Source: Amoeboaphelidium protococcarum X5
Taxonomy: Eukaryota; Fungi; Aphelidiomycota
Reading direction: 5' to 3'
NCBI GenBank assembly: GCA_023515725.1
Contig: JALDTO010000214.1
Coordinates: forward strand, 124,001-188,000
DNA length: 64,000 nt
The notes under the pieces were generated by a model. That model saw only the letters and a list, made by a program, of their open reading frames with translations. It was not told the DNA's origin and did no database searches. Within the stretch, counting starts at the first letter, position 1, and the number at the start of each line of letters is the position of its first letter. Both the position numbers and the translations under genes were made by a program. This document shows, piece after piece, positions 13,167-26,988 of the stretch.

Positions 13167-15107
13167 TCAGTTATCAATCGATATTTCTTCCACATTATAC
13201 AGAGCATTGTTAATATCATCCTATGCATCATCACTGTTGATATCAGAGTCAAGCTCTATAGAATCTTCCAATAGATCTGCATCATTTTTACATTGATAGT
13301 TCTAACCATGAGCGAGACCACCATTTCGAAACTGTCCGTGTATAGATTTATTCATGAATAGTAGACGCTTGGTGGAATACTTTGACTCATACGTCAAATT
13401 CACCATCTCAGGGTGCATTGTAGAGCATAGAGCGGACATACAATTCACAGTTCCAGCAGAGTATTTAGGCAACGTATAGCTAAATTAATAAGTGGGATCA
13501 ATTAAGTTGCTATTAGATTTCACAGATTTAACTAGACTGGAAAAGGCATTCTAGACAATTACGCGAATATTATCTGCACCCAATCCAAATAGATTACTTT
13601 TCAACAAATATAAAAGTTGACTCAGTACCAACAACATGCCAAGCTTATTGATTTTCTCAGTCAAAGACGTCGTGTTAAAGAACTGTTTCAACTCATACTA
13701 TGAGAGCAGTTTTTGAGCAATAAAAACATGTTACAGATCGGCCCATAATTTGTTATAACCAATTTCAATGAGGAGCTGCAATGATGGCGACACTTCAACG
13801 TCTTCCGAAGGCTCCTACAACCAGTAATCAAACTAAGATGAAAGATTAGACTGCTTCTCTTGCAAATCAACAATATGACGATCACTGTGGAGATAATTGC
13901 TTTCGCTGATTAACTAAGACAGTTACGTATCATTGTTCTTCTTCAGTGAGGGATGCAAAGTTCCAGACTCGAGGGAATCAGCAATAGCATTCATTACCTA
14001 TACATAATCTGTCTAGTTTACCGTTTACTAGCAGAATATCCACAGAAAGTCACAAAAGTCCCAATCCTGTCGGAACATCTTCCTATCTAAATCACTGCCA
14101 AGAATATCGTCTTAATCGTCAATGTCGTGTTATTGCAACTGTTGAAAATATTCAATAGCTCTACCTTACAAATAAGATTCCAAGAAATTATCCACCTACA
14201 TACTAGCACTCACTTTATTCTTCAAACCAGTCCAAAGATCTACGCCTTGATCAGCATTTCTAATCTTATTCAAATTGACCAACGCCAAGTATTGATGTTT
14301 AATCTACTACAATTGGGACGAGCCTTCAAACGACATTGGACATAATTTCACATTTAATGAGGCTTCAAAGTTTTAAGGTGCTTTATCAAGTGCTACTTCA
14401 GAACCAGCTTAATTAAGAGCATAGCTTAGACGGACATTAATCTAATTCTTTAAGTCGTACTAAGAGAGGTAATCATTGTTCATTAGATTGTAATTGCAAT
14501 TGACGCGGCAACTATCTCTTGCGGACCACGGAATACCAGCTTATACAGTTGAAAGACCACAATTTTCACTATCAATTAGCTGAATCTAATCATCTTAAAT
14601 TTAAACACCACAATATCCAGTAGCACTATTCTCGAACTAGCATAGTATTAAAATACACCGACTGTCTTCCTCATTAATCGCCAGAAATCCGTTCTGAAAC
14701 GCGACTGAAACAAGAGAGCAGAAATAACGCGCAACATTTACAGAGACAGGCACAAAGTTGGCACCAGGCGTCTAAAACGGGTCCAAATTGGCAGAAATTT
14801 GAGTATTTAAGTCTATGTCCAGAATTCTCGTATGCTGTCTCTCCTTATGGTTATTCATCTGAGATTACGAGGAGAAGACCAAATGGTAGTCATCAACTCC
14901 AAACGCGGTAGAAATTAAATCACCATTTCGAGCACTGCATCTGACAATACTACAAGTTGCATCCAATTCAAATACCTACAAACTAAAACTAATACATACA
15001 ATAATGGTACTCAGAACCACAAAATAAAATACCTTATGCAAGTCTGCAGAAGACTGTTGCAAAGCAGCGTTGAGATTATCTATATGCTGTTATTTGAACA
15101 AATCCAT
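13167..15107 (-). CDS. ZWILCH: Zwilch-like kinetochore RZZ subunit (627 aa)
   Basis: RQDWDFCDFLW, SGTLHPSLKKNNDTQLSQLI and LLIEIGYNKLWAD resemble Zwilch R-DLDFAEQLW / GDIQPW / LLEIGLDKLKKD (recalled); intron 14976-15032. Confidence 0.72.
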
Positions 15108-15374
15108 GATTGCAAGCAATGCTCCAAGAAAAAGGTCATAAGTAGTAGTATCACTCACTGAAACAGAAACGTCGCTCCACATCGGTAAAAGTAAAACTGA
15201 GAGAAATTTCAACACAAAAAGACAGCTATAGAGCGATAAACAATCACTCTCAATAAGTGATGCAGTCTGTCAATTTCAAAAAGAAATAATAATATAACAA
15301 AAATAAGGCTAGTAAATTATTTCCAGATCATGCGATCAATATACACCGCTCCGACACACATACTACGACGGCAA

Positions 15375-16424
15375 TCACTTGGTACTCTTCTCATTCAACT
15401 TGGCAGCCAACTCCTTCTGCACATTGTCCACCTTGGACTTCTCACTCAATGGAACGACACTGCGCAGATCATTGACAATATCCTTGGTCTTGCCAAAGTA
15501 GATATCTTGAAGTGAGTGTCTCATCTTAAACTCCATATCCTCGATCAGTCTGCCAATGTTGGCAATATGAGATGCATGATTATCCTTCTCTCTTCCACTT
15601 GGGCCGGAGGATACCAACTCCAGAGGCAGATCAGACTCCACCTATCTCGTCATTGAGCCAGACAAGTTGACATCACCAGTCTGAGGCTTATTAGTCAACA
15701 TATACAACATGACTGTGGATGTCAGTTTGTAGTGGGCATTAGTCTTCTTGGTCTCGTGCACCTCTACTACATGAATAGAGTCCCAACTGCCTTTCACCTT
15801 CTTTCCACCATCAGCGCCTACAATGATGATCATTAAACGATGTATCAATCAAGTAAATATAGGTTATAAATGCACAGAACTCTTACTCTTCTTGATAAGA
15901 ACAACAGCTGCAAATCCATCATCAAGATCCCACATATAGACTGACGACACACCACCTTCAAAGTACAAGTCGCGATAGGTATCAAATGCCTCATTAGCAG
16001 CGACTTCCATCTTTCTAAGAGAGTCCGACGGTACAGCTCCATCAGGTAATGACGGCTCATACTAGTTAGACCACGGACTTCTACATAAATTACAAAGTAT
16101 ATAACAAAAGCAATGAGCGAATTAAGTAAGTCTAAGTAAATTAGCAAGCGTACCTGTAAGAATCGCCGTCTCTGTTATAATCACACAGCAAATACTCTCT
16201 GTTGGTCTTCTTGCAGAGCTAAACTTTCAAAGGCTGATCCACAGCAGACAACAAGTCCTCAGTAAGATCTGGCTAGATATCAATTAATGCTGCCAAATTC
16301 TCCTCAACTTTCTGAGGTGGCAGTCTCCTCATAAGATCCAATGCACAATCCAACGAATCAGCCTACATATTTAAAGATGAAAGAAGGATGTTACAACATT
16401 AACCGCAGAGGACGAGCATACCAT
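15375..16424 (-). CDS. CAP2: F-actin capping protein beta subunit
   Basis: [46 protein letters not shown]; introns 16363-16421, 16081-16153, 15818-15886. Confidence 0.97.
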
Positions 16425-16776
16425 TTCTCAGAGTATAGAGAATACTTTCAGTTGATAAAGATATTATAGCTATGTCTAGATAGTCAGAAAATGTCTTATT
16501 ATACCCACTCACACACACACACACTTTATAATAAGAGAACGGACAAGAAACCAACAATTCCCCAAAGCACAAACGGGCGAAACGAAGCGACGGCAAAACG
16601 CCAAATTTAACGTTTAGTCGAGCGAGATTCAGCTGAAGGCGACTGTATAAGAAGAGAGATATCAGTTCAGCACTATCCCCCATCGATAAAAAGTATTAAA
16701 ATATAATATTTAAATTGGGAAAAAAAGGAATTAAAAATTCTATTCAGTTAAATGTGATATTAATTCAACGGGACAA

Positions 16777-17154
16777 TCAAATCAACAGCTTCTCGATGGA
16801 CAGCTTGATGGCCTGAATCTGATTGCGCAATTCAGACGCGTCGTTGCTGGTCACGGAGCAAGAGATCACTGGGCGAGTGACGCCGCATGCTCTGCCCAGA
16901 GCAGTCTTGCTAGGCACAAACACGTACGGAACATTCTTATCTTCACACAGTAGAGGCAGATGCAAGATGATTTCAATAGGAGAGGCATCGGCAGCCATCA
17001 CGATAAACTCAGAGATACCGCGATTCAGAGTCTTGGTGGCCTCATTGGCTCCCTTCTTCAGCTGCTTGTAGTGAGAAGCCTACTGTACTAGATCCAAGAT
17101 TTTCTGACTCAACTCAGAGTCTGCCAGTGGGTATGCTTTAGGATTAACGCTCAT
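16777..17154 (-). CDS. SNU13: Snu13 / 15.5K L7Ae RNA-binding protein
   Basis: [41 protein letters not shown]. Confidence 0.97.
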
Positions 17155-17417
17155 TATTCTAGTATGCAATTGGTTATCTATCACTTCCTCTATTTTTTAA
17201 ATATAAAAAGGATCAAGTTTGATTGATTTTCAATGGGAAAGAGAGAGACAGGCTACGCGGCATTTTTTCGTTTTCTCTAGCAATTTTAGGGGCCGGGGGC
17301 TTTTAGCCTTTAGCAGAGAATTGCTACGCAGTACGCTCTTAAACTGCCTCTTTATTTCCATCACAGCTATAGTAGGAAACGGCTGATTGACTTTTAGAGA
17401 ATACGACTTATTAAATT

Positions 17418-17666
17418 ATGGAGTCGATGAGGAAGGAATGTACTGAATTGAAGTAGAATTATGAGGATTGTTTTAATTAGTGGTATGCTGACGTGTTTTT
17501 GCAGTAAACTAAAGATAATCGACTGCAGGTTGATGAGAACAATAATGAGCCATGTAAAGAGCTGTTTGACGAATATCGCGCCTGTATCATTATTGCTCTC
17601 AGAGAGAAGAAGCTGGATCAGGCAATAGACAAGGCCAAGAAGCAGTAATCTAATAGCAACTAATGA
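17418..17666 (+). CDS. MDM35: Mdm35/TRIAP1 twin-Cx9C mitochondrial intermembrane-space protein
   Basis: MESMRKECTELKQNYEDCFNQWY...PCKELFDEYRAC. Confidence 0.88.
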
Positions 17667-17790
17667 ATGAATGTATTCTGTTAAATTACAAAAGTAGAGA
17701 GTTGAACATATTTTCTTGGGATTTTAAATAGGACAGAACGTGATTAGGTAGCGTTCCATGATGCACATACAAATATTACTCCGAATGTAT

Positions 17791-20106
17791 TCAGTCTTTT
17801 AATGGACTTTTGAGACCACCTTTGAGCGGCTTCTTAACATTGCCAGAGCCAAAGGAGAATTTGGCGCGCAGATCGAGATTATGCTGAGTCAGCTATTGTA
17901 TGCTGGCCTCCAGTTTAGCCACCTACTTCTCGTGAGCCATCTGATTAGAAGCCAGCTTCTAGTTGAACTCCTGGAATAACTTTTCCAAATCAGCAATCCT
18001 AGCATTTCTATTAGAAATCTTGCGCTGTGCTATATCAAAATTGGTTTTAAGAGCCAGATTTTAATCAACCAACTGCTTCTGAACTGTCGTCAGTTGATCA
18101 ATTGATTTCTCCAAAACTTGCATTTTACGCTGATACTCTCTCTAATTCTGAGAATTTTAAAGCTGCCGGTTCTTATCCTACGCCTCATCCAGCTGTACTT
18201 ATAAATCAACCACTTTCTGACACCTGTCTTGCAAGTCTACCATGAGAGATTTAAGCTATTCATCCACAGGTTTCTCGCTAGCATTGAATTATGATGACCT
18301 CAACTGCTCCAGTTCCTACTCTTTACGCGACAAGCTCTACTTGAGTAATTCAATTTCTTGATTATAGTCATCTTGGTTATGACTAAATGAACCGACTTTC
18401 TCAGAAGTATCAGCATTCTAGCCATCTCCTTGTGGGACATTTTGAGATTCTTCAAAAGTCTTTTAGAGCAAAGTATTTTACTCTTTCAATGCTTCAAACG
18501 TGATAACTAAGTCTTAATGCTCCAAATTCTATTTTTCCAATTACAATTTCAAGTCAGAATACTTGGCAGTGAGTTCATGATTATCAACTTCAAATTGAGA
18601 ACATTAAGCCTTTGCGGTGGTCAATTCATCGCTGAGAGAAGCAATTAGATTACGATGATCGTCCAACTCCTTCTCCTTCTAGGCCAATTAATCATTCAGC
18701 TCATTCTCACGATCCATAAATTCTTGTCGTTCATCAATAGTCAGTGTGAGAGGAGAGCCAGAGCGTGGAATCTTGGCAGATTAAGATGCTGATGAAGATG
18801 ATGAAGCCGCCTCTCTCGTAGGAGTAATATTACCATTGAGTTGAGAGCTTGAGACTAGGGATGCTCTCTTTTCCTCACTGACTTGCCCACCTGAACGCCA
18901 TATTTACAGTTCCGCTTCCAAGCTCTAAATGTACTGTTGCATGTTGACCATACTCATATTCAATTTCTTCACTTACACCTTCAGTTCACTATTTGACAGC
19001 TCCACATTGACTACAGCCTTATTCTTTATAGTTTTAGCTCGAGTACCGAAGCGAAGAGTCGACACCGTCTCTGCTTCATTGAATGATGATGGCGAACAGT
19101 TAATTATCAGAGTTGTCTTTGAGTTGCCTCCCAGCGATTCTTATAATATACGAGTAAGTTTAGAGTCTCTATATGGAATGTGAGTCGATTTACCATCAGT
19201 CAAGTTGTTGATAACCATACCAAGTGCACTCAGCGATTTATTGATCTTCTTGGCTTCCTCCAGAGTCTATCCCGTGGCTCCAGTCTTGCCAACCTTTTCA
19301 CTTCCAGCTAAATCTGTGAGATATAATCGCCCACTTTTGATTGTACCAGTCGCAGTATCTTTCTGATTAATAGTGATGATAAAGATTGAATGAGACCGAG
19401 AACTTTGTTCATTCATATTAGTTGCAGACACTTAACGATAACTTTCCCCCGTTCTTAGCACCTCATAAACTTCATCCACATTACTGACATAAACCTCCTA
19501 CAAACCTTTGATGTAAACACCACGCGATTTGTCTTCATGAATAGGAAGATTATCATTCTATGGGCACAACAAATCCCGAATCTTCTCCATGTAAATCTCG
19601 ATAAACGATGTCTACACAGTGAATTCAAATTATGGAGGTGCATCCTCAATCCGCTTAAATATTGCCTCAGCAAGTCTTGGTGTGAGACCCTTACGAGATT
19701 CATCATCAATATCACTGCCCATCATTGTATAAGATTTACCACTCGAAGTCTAACCATAACAGAACAGAGTGGAATTGAAACCATCGAAACATTAATCAAT
19801 CAGTGGGAGACCACAAAGTTCAAAAACTTGCCTCTACTCAGAGCTACCATCAAATACGTGGTCGAAAGTAAAGTTTCCAGAAAATTCATTGCCTATAATC
19901 TTGACGGATGTACAGTCACCACTAACTTCCATTATCTCTTGGCCATCCTGACTCTTCTCCAGTTGATTCTGAGGCCGAAATCTACAATAATACAAGTCGA
20001 AATATCGCAGATCAAGTGAATACTTTAACTCTTACCTACAAACCACTTTGATATTAGAGCTCTACTAGCTCTATGACTGCTAACTTGGAGACCTCTGCTC
20101 ATCCAT
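17791..20106 (-). CDS. Kinesin-1 heavy chain
   Basis: [34 protein letters not shown], coiled-coil stalk, fungal-type tail [15 protein letters not shown]; intron 19982-20035. Confidence 0.93.
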
Positions 20107-20340
20107 ATTTTTAAATTTCTAAATCGTTTCAACACGCGCTGAGGAAAGAGAAATTTGTTGATCGCCGCGCCGTCTTTGAATGCACTAGGAGCGTTTTGGC
20201 ATACACGCGTCTTCTGTTACATGCGACCTTGCCATAAAATCTATACCATAATAGATGAAAGTAATACCAAGTATAAATAATCTAATCATCGTATTTAAAC
20301 ATAAACTTTATTTGGAAAATCAAAAGTTTCAAATTTCTGT

Positions 20341-22672
20341 TCATCTCTTGCGTTTGGATTTAGATTTCAACTGAGGACTACCTTCTTCAGTTTAATCAAG
20401 TTTGGTGGAAGATTAAGACATAAGCCTTGAGTGAGCCAGAGCATTAACATTACCATCTGGTTTCAACAAAACCATCTTACAATCTTCGTCCTTTGTCACC
20501 ACGATTCGCTCCTCATTCGCCAGGTGCAGTGTGGAGATGAACCATCGCGATACATTCCATCCGGGCAATCTCTGGACTAGCTGAGAGAAATCCAATCGCT
20601 TCTCCTCTTACACCTTGTCTTGAAAAGTCTCAAGCACACTTTCACGCACAATATCTACATCGAATACACCGCGGATGTGTTATTCGTGCAAAAGAGGCTA
20701 CAATCTATTCTCCCACGACTTTACATTCTTGGACAGATTAGACTCTATCCTTCGCTCGTAGTCATTGGCTAGTTGCATGTAATTCTTAATTTTTAATCGG
20801 CAAAGATCTTCAAATGACTAGATTGGCTTCTCAACTACAACCTGGTCAACTATGAAACCAGCTGAGGAATTAGATGGCTCTATATCCATATCTGTGCCTT
20901 GTGAGTGAGTACTTTGCCTATTACTCTCTTCATTAAGAGAATCATGAAGATCTGCAGACAGAATATCAGCATTAGTGTCGAAATCATCATCATCTTCAAC
21001 ATCGTGGGCACCAGGGACATGATTTTCATTATGACTAGTTATACTATCGTCCTCTCCACCCATCGAGCCTTAGTCAAGGTAATTTTCAAACGATGGCATC
21101 TCAAGCACGCTGGCATCCTGCTCCTCAGTCACCTCAATCTCTTTATACAGTTTTTCTTGTTTAGGCTTCATGATCTTGTCTCTTCTCTCCTTTTCTTTCA
21201 CATACAGATATTCGAATTGAGGATCAATGTTATGGAATAAATCCTTGGGTATGCGTGACTTTAGTTTGGCTTACTGCACTTCTTTAATGAATACAGGCAG
21301 AGGCTTGAGTTTCGGTTTGTGCTCCATGTTGGCCGAAATCACCTTCTCTACAATTTTAAATTACCTGTTTACGGCTCCCTTCTTGAATGGTTTTGACGTC
21401 TAGTCTTCCTCATGAGGATCCATAAACTACCAAAATGTAAGATGATTCTATAATCTTTTAGCGCGCTTAGGAGGAGTAGCTTCAACTGTCACTTTCCTAG
21501 TCACGAGCTTCTTTGGTGGAGTCTTTAATTTCTACAGATTCCGGATATTTAAAGAACTCTTCCTGGGATTCGAAATATCTTCCACCGTGGAGTAATGAGG
21601 ATGGACAATGTTCTCAATACCTTCCTCATCATCACCATCACTGTCGTCATTCTACATGTCACTATTAGAATTGTCATTCTGTAAATCAGGTACAGAGTCA
21701 CCAGCCTTAGACAACGATTATCCACCATTAGATTCATGCATGTGCGCCAATTAACTAGAGCTCTGCGGCTCTCCACTGAATCCAAAATCATAAGGCTGAT
21801 TATTATTACCATTATTATCAAAGTTTCCATCATCAACCTATGCCACATCAATATCTGGAATAGTGAGATCAGCAACATTGAAAGCAAAACTAGAGCGACG
21901 AGCTGAATACTCATCTGAATGGTCAATTTGAGAGAGGACTGCTTTAGAAAAGAACATTCCATTGACAGCTATGAAAGCTTGATTGATCTCAAAATCTGAT
22001 TTCGAACCAATAGATTCACCGTCTGCAGTCAAAATCTCAAAATTACCACTACCAGCGCCGCCAATAGACTTTAAGCTAGAACTGGAGGATCCATAAAATA
22101 CGAGCACATTTTCACACTTAAAACTGTCCATACAAACAGGCTCTTCATTCGCATTAAAGTCCTTCTTCTACAGAGCTGAATCTAAACAATCAAAAGAGTC
22201 GAAAATCCCGTTAGCATTACGCTGCCGACCTTTCAGCTTGCCGTTATTGCCTTCACCGTCCTGTGCTTACCCATCATCTGAATTATTATCATTATCGTCA
22301 TCATCTCCGCCATCTTAATTTTTACGATCACCAGATGAAGAGCCTCTATTGAAAATATAATCATGAGCCTCCTAAGTCATGGAATACAGATATTAGACTT
22401 TCTTCGAGTATATATTCGCACTATTCTAAATTAATAAAGCAGCCTACGCAAAGTTGACTCCATTTCCACCATCTGCATCTGAATTTTATTATTATAGAGT
22501 CTACGTCATCTTGTCCATTTCATCGACATACTCAGTCAACTCCTATGCCAAATCAATATCCCAATTATCCGCAAGGACTCTACATGAACAGTCAAGATAC
22601 AGATTTCAGTAACGTATACATGATAATTTACCTGAGTGGCTTCAATAACTAGAGATACTTGACACTGTCCAT
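20341..22672 (-). CDS. NCAPH2: Condensin II kleisin subunit CAP-H2
   Basis: LLKPLRVLADNWDIDLA, NFAQAALLIQNSANIYSKKVQYLY, C-terminal VSRWFISTLHLAN; intron 22580-22631. Confidence 0.88.
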
Positions 22673-22928
22673 TATATGTGGTCGAATAATGTCCCCTCTG
22701 ATAGATATTCAGTATAATGTTGAATATGTCAAGTTGGTGAGTTGTTTCAAGCCAATAAAATACTCTTTGGCGTTTCAGAAAGAAGAAATTCAGAACGCGC
22801 GATTCACCGTTTCAACTTTGCCGGTTCATTCATTCTTATACCCTTCGTGTCACTTGTTATTACAGTATTCTCTGCTTGTTCACTATTTGTACATTTAAAG
22901 CATCCACTTACAATTGGATAATATTTGA

Positions 22929-23464
22929 ATGGAGAATTTACCGTAGTAGACTGCAGAAAAACCTGTGACTCAAGCTTCATCACCATTTTTGGACTGTAAG
23001 AAGGGCGGATACGCTTTGAGAAATGCCACCAGTCCATTGGCTGCTGCAGATGGTACGTAGAAAGAGTCTAAAGCTGCATCTGTCCCAGCGTAAAAGCAAA
23101 GACCATTAAAGCCTATTTCCAAGAAGATTAATCACACCGTGATGTAAGATTTATATTTTGATATCTGCCATGTCTAAGAGATCGTGTATGAAAATGGCTC
23201 ATTATTTAAAATTGTAGGTCATCTCCCAGTGATAAGATTCAATCTCCCACTACAAAGCAGTTGGAGGCGATGAAGAAAAAGTCTAAAGTTGGTGGTGGTA
23301 GTGGATTACGTGGAAAGCTGCTGGCTGACGTGTTCAAGAAGGAAATGGCTGCGAAAACAGCAGCTGCAACTACTGGAATGAAGAAGATGGAGCTGAGACG
23401 CAAATCAGAAGATTCCGCTTAAAGTACTAATGGAGGCGATATCGACACGAAGAGTGAAGAATGA
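22929..23464 (+). CDS. Spo12-family small protein
   Basis: Splicing 23144-23217 yields MSSPSDKIQSPTTKQL, matching the Spo12 SP(S/T)D-xxSP-xxKL motif. Confidence 0.6.
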
Positions 23465-23488
23465 CAATGTTCTAACATGGCATCAATA

Positions 23489-24318
23489 TCATGACTACAC
23501 AATCTCATTATCAATATCTTTAGTATGAAAAATGAATCTTGATATCATACTTACATTCTACTACTTGGCGTAGGATGTGACAGTGTCCAAATTGATTATA
23601 CTTCCATCAGAATTTATATCGCGACTTTATCGATGACGTTTGTTCTTCTCATATGATGCCTTAAGCTGAGTGTATGTCTATGGAGTATCATCAGACTTTA
23701 ATAACCTCTATGAATTCAGGACAGTGCCAACTTATGGTGGATTCTTGCGTTCTACATTACTTAATTTTAGTATCGCATGTTGTATATACTGCCGCCAATT
23801 TTATTACATACTTACTCCTGTTGGAATCATTCAAACTACTCTAGGATAATGATATCTCATCAGCGTATAGAGACTGATGTTACTTGCGTATGCCATTACT
23901 CCTAGCCGTGCGTCCATTGACGAATCCAAGACACTTTTCCAAATGCTGAGCAAATCTCTGTGATGGAAAGTTCTTATTACAGGATAGACACTCTGACATG
24001 CTCATACTATTCATCACTGACTGCTCGGTATTCCCAAAAATATCGTATCCATCAGAATTCTAAGTTTACAAGAGACAACTACAGAACTAATGATAATGAT
24101 ACAAGAATACTCACTAAGTTCTACTATAACAAGCCAGTGTCAGAAATAACCTACGTGGATTTGCAGTCTTTGCACTGACTGTGTAAGATCTTGTAGTCTT
24201 TGTGAACATCAAATACAACATCCATCATCTCTCGCTTAAGCATATCATCTAAAATATTTTATACGACAACTTCTCTGACTTGCTGAACTTTTTAGCTTGC
24301 ACGTTTAGACTATGGCAT
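23489..24318 (-). CDS. SGF11: SAGA DUB-module subunit Sgf11/ATXN7L3-like
   Basis: N-terminal helix ILDDMLKREMMDVVFDVHK, DIFG, zinc finger ECLSCNKNFPSQRFAQHLEKCLG; introns 24079-24154 and 23752-23815; 3' end less certain. Confidence 0.82.
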
Positions 24319-24710
24319 TGCAAAAGATAATGTGATGAAGGGTGTTGATATCTGTTATTTTAATATTAGGAAAAGGAGTTAAATTAATTAATTGATCGAC
24401 AAGTGTTTTATGTATATTCAAAGAGTTAGATAGCAACCCTCTAATACTGAGAATGATATATTACCTAATTATATATGAACTATATGAGCAAAAGATTGTG
24501 ATATCCCTTCATTGTGGGGAGCAATGTCAAGCGTCCCGTGTCATTAATTGATCCACAGTAGACGCGTGCACTGAGAGTTTCTCCATTGCTCGATAAGTTT
24601 CATGAATTTCTTCTTCTTGATCAAGAAGGTATTATCAGTTATCAAAGTGAAGATTACCATTTTACTATACTTTCTCACTCACTCACTCACTTACTCTTTT
24701 ACATTGAAGG

Positions 24711-26693
24711 ATGAAACGACCTCCGGGAGACTTGATATTGAATGTGGATATTAATGGCGATGTGTAGTCAATTCATTTGAAGGCATGTGAGACTATAGAG
24801 CAGGCTGCTATGCGTCTGATCATCTCTAAGCCTGCTTGCTTCAACAGCTCTATGCTTTCTGATTTGGTATAATTGTTAACTGCTGCTGCTGAGAAGAAGT
24901 TGTTGGATTTTAACTAACAATACTAGTAGTAATAGGCCGCGATAGAGCCAGACTATGACTTAATACAGTTGTGGTGGTAGAAAAAGATTCAGACATCCTA
25001 TCGAAAGTATTATTAGCCAAGTGAAAGTGCCAATGTCTTGACATGTTTAGCTGAGTTATATAATGATTCTGCGGCATTTGACTGTATAATGAAGTTTATG
25101 GGAGATTCATCTAGGCGGATTGATTCGATGATTGCGCAGCATTCCAAGTAGATTCAAGAGTTTAGAGCATAATACTCCGCCGCCGACTTGAAATCATCAA
25201 GTGCCATGCAGAGATTCACAGAGGACAAGGAGATTCTATAGGCTACTCTTAAAAGTGAACTTGATGATTTACACTGACAGTAGAAGGAGACTTTTATGAA
25301 GCTTCTGAATAGTTTGAGAGAAGGAGGATAGGTTTCTGGTCTGATTCAGGATACAACTAAGGTGTCAGTAACAGATCCGGTTGTATCTAAACGCAATTCT
25401 TTACAATAGATTGAATAGCATGTGGATATGGGAAGTGTTTAAAAGTTGCAAGATATGGGTTTTGACCCTAAAGTTTCCAAGAGGGCGTTAGTTATGTCGA
25501 AAGGGGATGTAAATCAAGCTCTTACTCTTCTGTTGGACGGTGCAGTACGTGTGGATGACGACTCTTCTACTACCGGTAAAACATCTGATGAGTATGTCAT
25601 TGTTGAGCAAAATTAGGCACCATTGAGTAATAACTCTCTTTTGAATTAAGGATAGGGAATGGCTGCACAAAACTTTAAAAAGTTGGGATCATGGTTTGAA
25701 AAGGCCAGATCATAAATTGATAGACTCTCCGACAGTCAAGTTAGTAGTCAGATGCATGAATAACCGCCTCAGACTGAGAGTTTTACTATAACACTCGGTA
25801 CTCACATTTAGCATACGTAAAATGTGCGTCTTACTGTGTAGAAGTATTCTGATTTCGTTCGTCACCCAATGTCTGCTCTAGAACGCGACGCTTTACGTGC
25901 ATAAACTCTTGTCACTTTGCTGTCGAATAAAGCTGTCGCGTTAGTAAATATTCTGCCTATTTAGTAATGGGAAAGCTTCAAGGCTGGCAAGTTTAACGAT
26001 ATCTTTCATAGGGCGTGTAATTATGAAACCGAGTATGTGTTTGATCCCTTGGACGTATAGCTTCGAAGTATTGAAGACGAGTATACAAATCGCATTAGCG
26101 GAAAAATTGAATTTTGTGAAGGAGATATTCTAGTTACGAAGCATTCTAATCTGCCTCAGGTGTCCACGGTATGTCATTTGATTTGCGATGAATTCACATT
26201 CGAAGCTGAATTGAGTTCTAAATCAAATATCATTGCTGGTCTTCGGAACTTATTTGGAATTGCAAACAAGTATGGTATTCATGAACTCATAGTACCAGTG
26301 CTTGCATATCCGGACTAGTACACTCCACCGGCGGGAGCATCTGGAAAAGTATAGCAGTTGCAATCTAATAGCAAGAGTTTCTCTCTAACGCGTTCAGGAT
26401 CATTTGGCGCGCTCGCGTAACTTGTTTCCCAGTCAGGCAACTCATCAGGATAAGATCTACATCTGGACTCTTCTCACCTTCTTAAAAGAAGCGAGTGTAT
26501 TCTCAAAATGCTCAAATCTTGTTGGATGGAGTCTTTAATGACTAGGGGTGGCGAGGATTCAGTTCAAGATGGAAACTCTGGGTTGGAAGTGATATAGCTA
26601 GTTATTCCACCCAAGTTGCTACAGCTTAAAGAGAATTCTGGCCTATTCGCAGGCGTGTCGTCCCAAATCAGGAATATTTTTAAAGCCATCTGA
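24711..26693 (+). CDS. C12orf4/FERRY3 (DUF2362) homolog with internal UBA-like domain
   Basis: ESFTITLG, GDILVTKHSNLPQVSTVCHL, IAGLRNL, LKRSECILKMLK; UBA-like VQKLQDMGF...KGDVNQALTLLL. Confidence 0.78.
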
Positions 26694-26703
26694 AACAATC
26701 AAT
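26640..26703 (+). repeat. Boundary repeat copy 1 (live 3' end of the C12orf4 homolog)
   Basis: catctgaaacaatcaat identical at 26687 and 28481; degenerate copy near 30273. Confidence 0.8.
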
Positions 26704-26988
26704 ATCTCAATTTAATCTATTATGCTATTGACGATAGAAGTGAACGCTTAAGTCCTAAAATCATCATTTTTTGTGTACTCTGGCTTTTAAAGTTCGCGTG
26801 TATCAGGCATATTCTTGCCTAAAAGACATGTTAAAATTGTAATCTTGTGCAACTCTTACGCATCCATCGGGAGCCGCGTACCTGATTGGCCAAGATATAT
26901 TTAAAACCATTTTTGTAGCATTCCAGATTGCTTAGTCTTCTCTTAAAAAGTTTACTCTGCCTTTTTAAAATCGTGTTAGCTCATTTCT

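Noticed and set aside
24500-24600. Short inverted repeat gagcaatg/cattgctc in the SGF11-C12orf4 spacer
   Set aside because: Only an 8-bp stem and no recognisable ncRNA motifs; compatible with chance.
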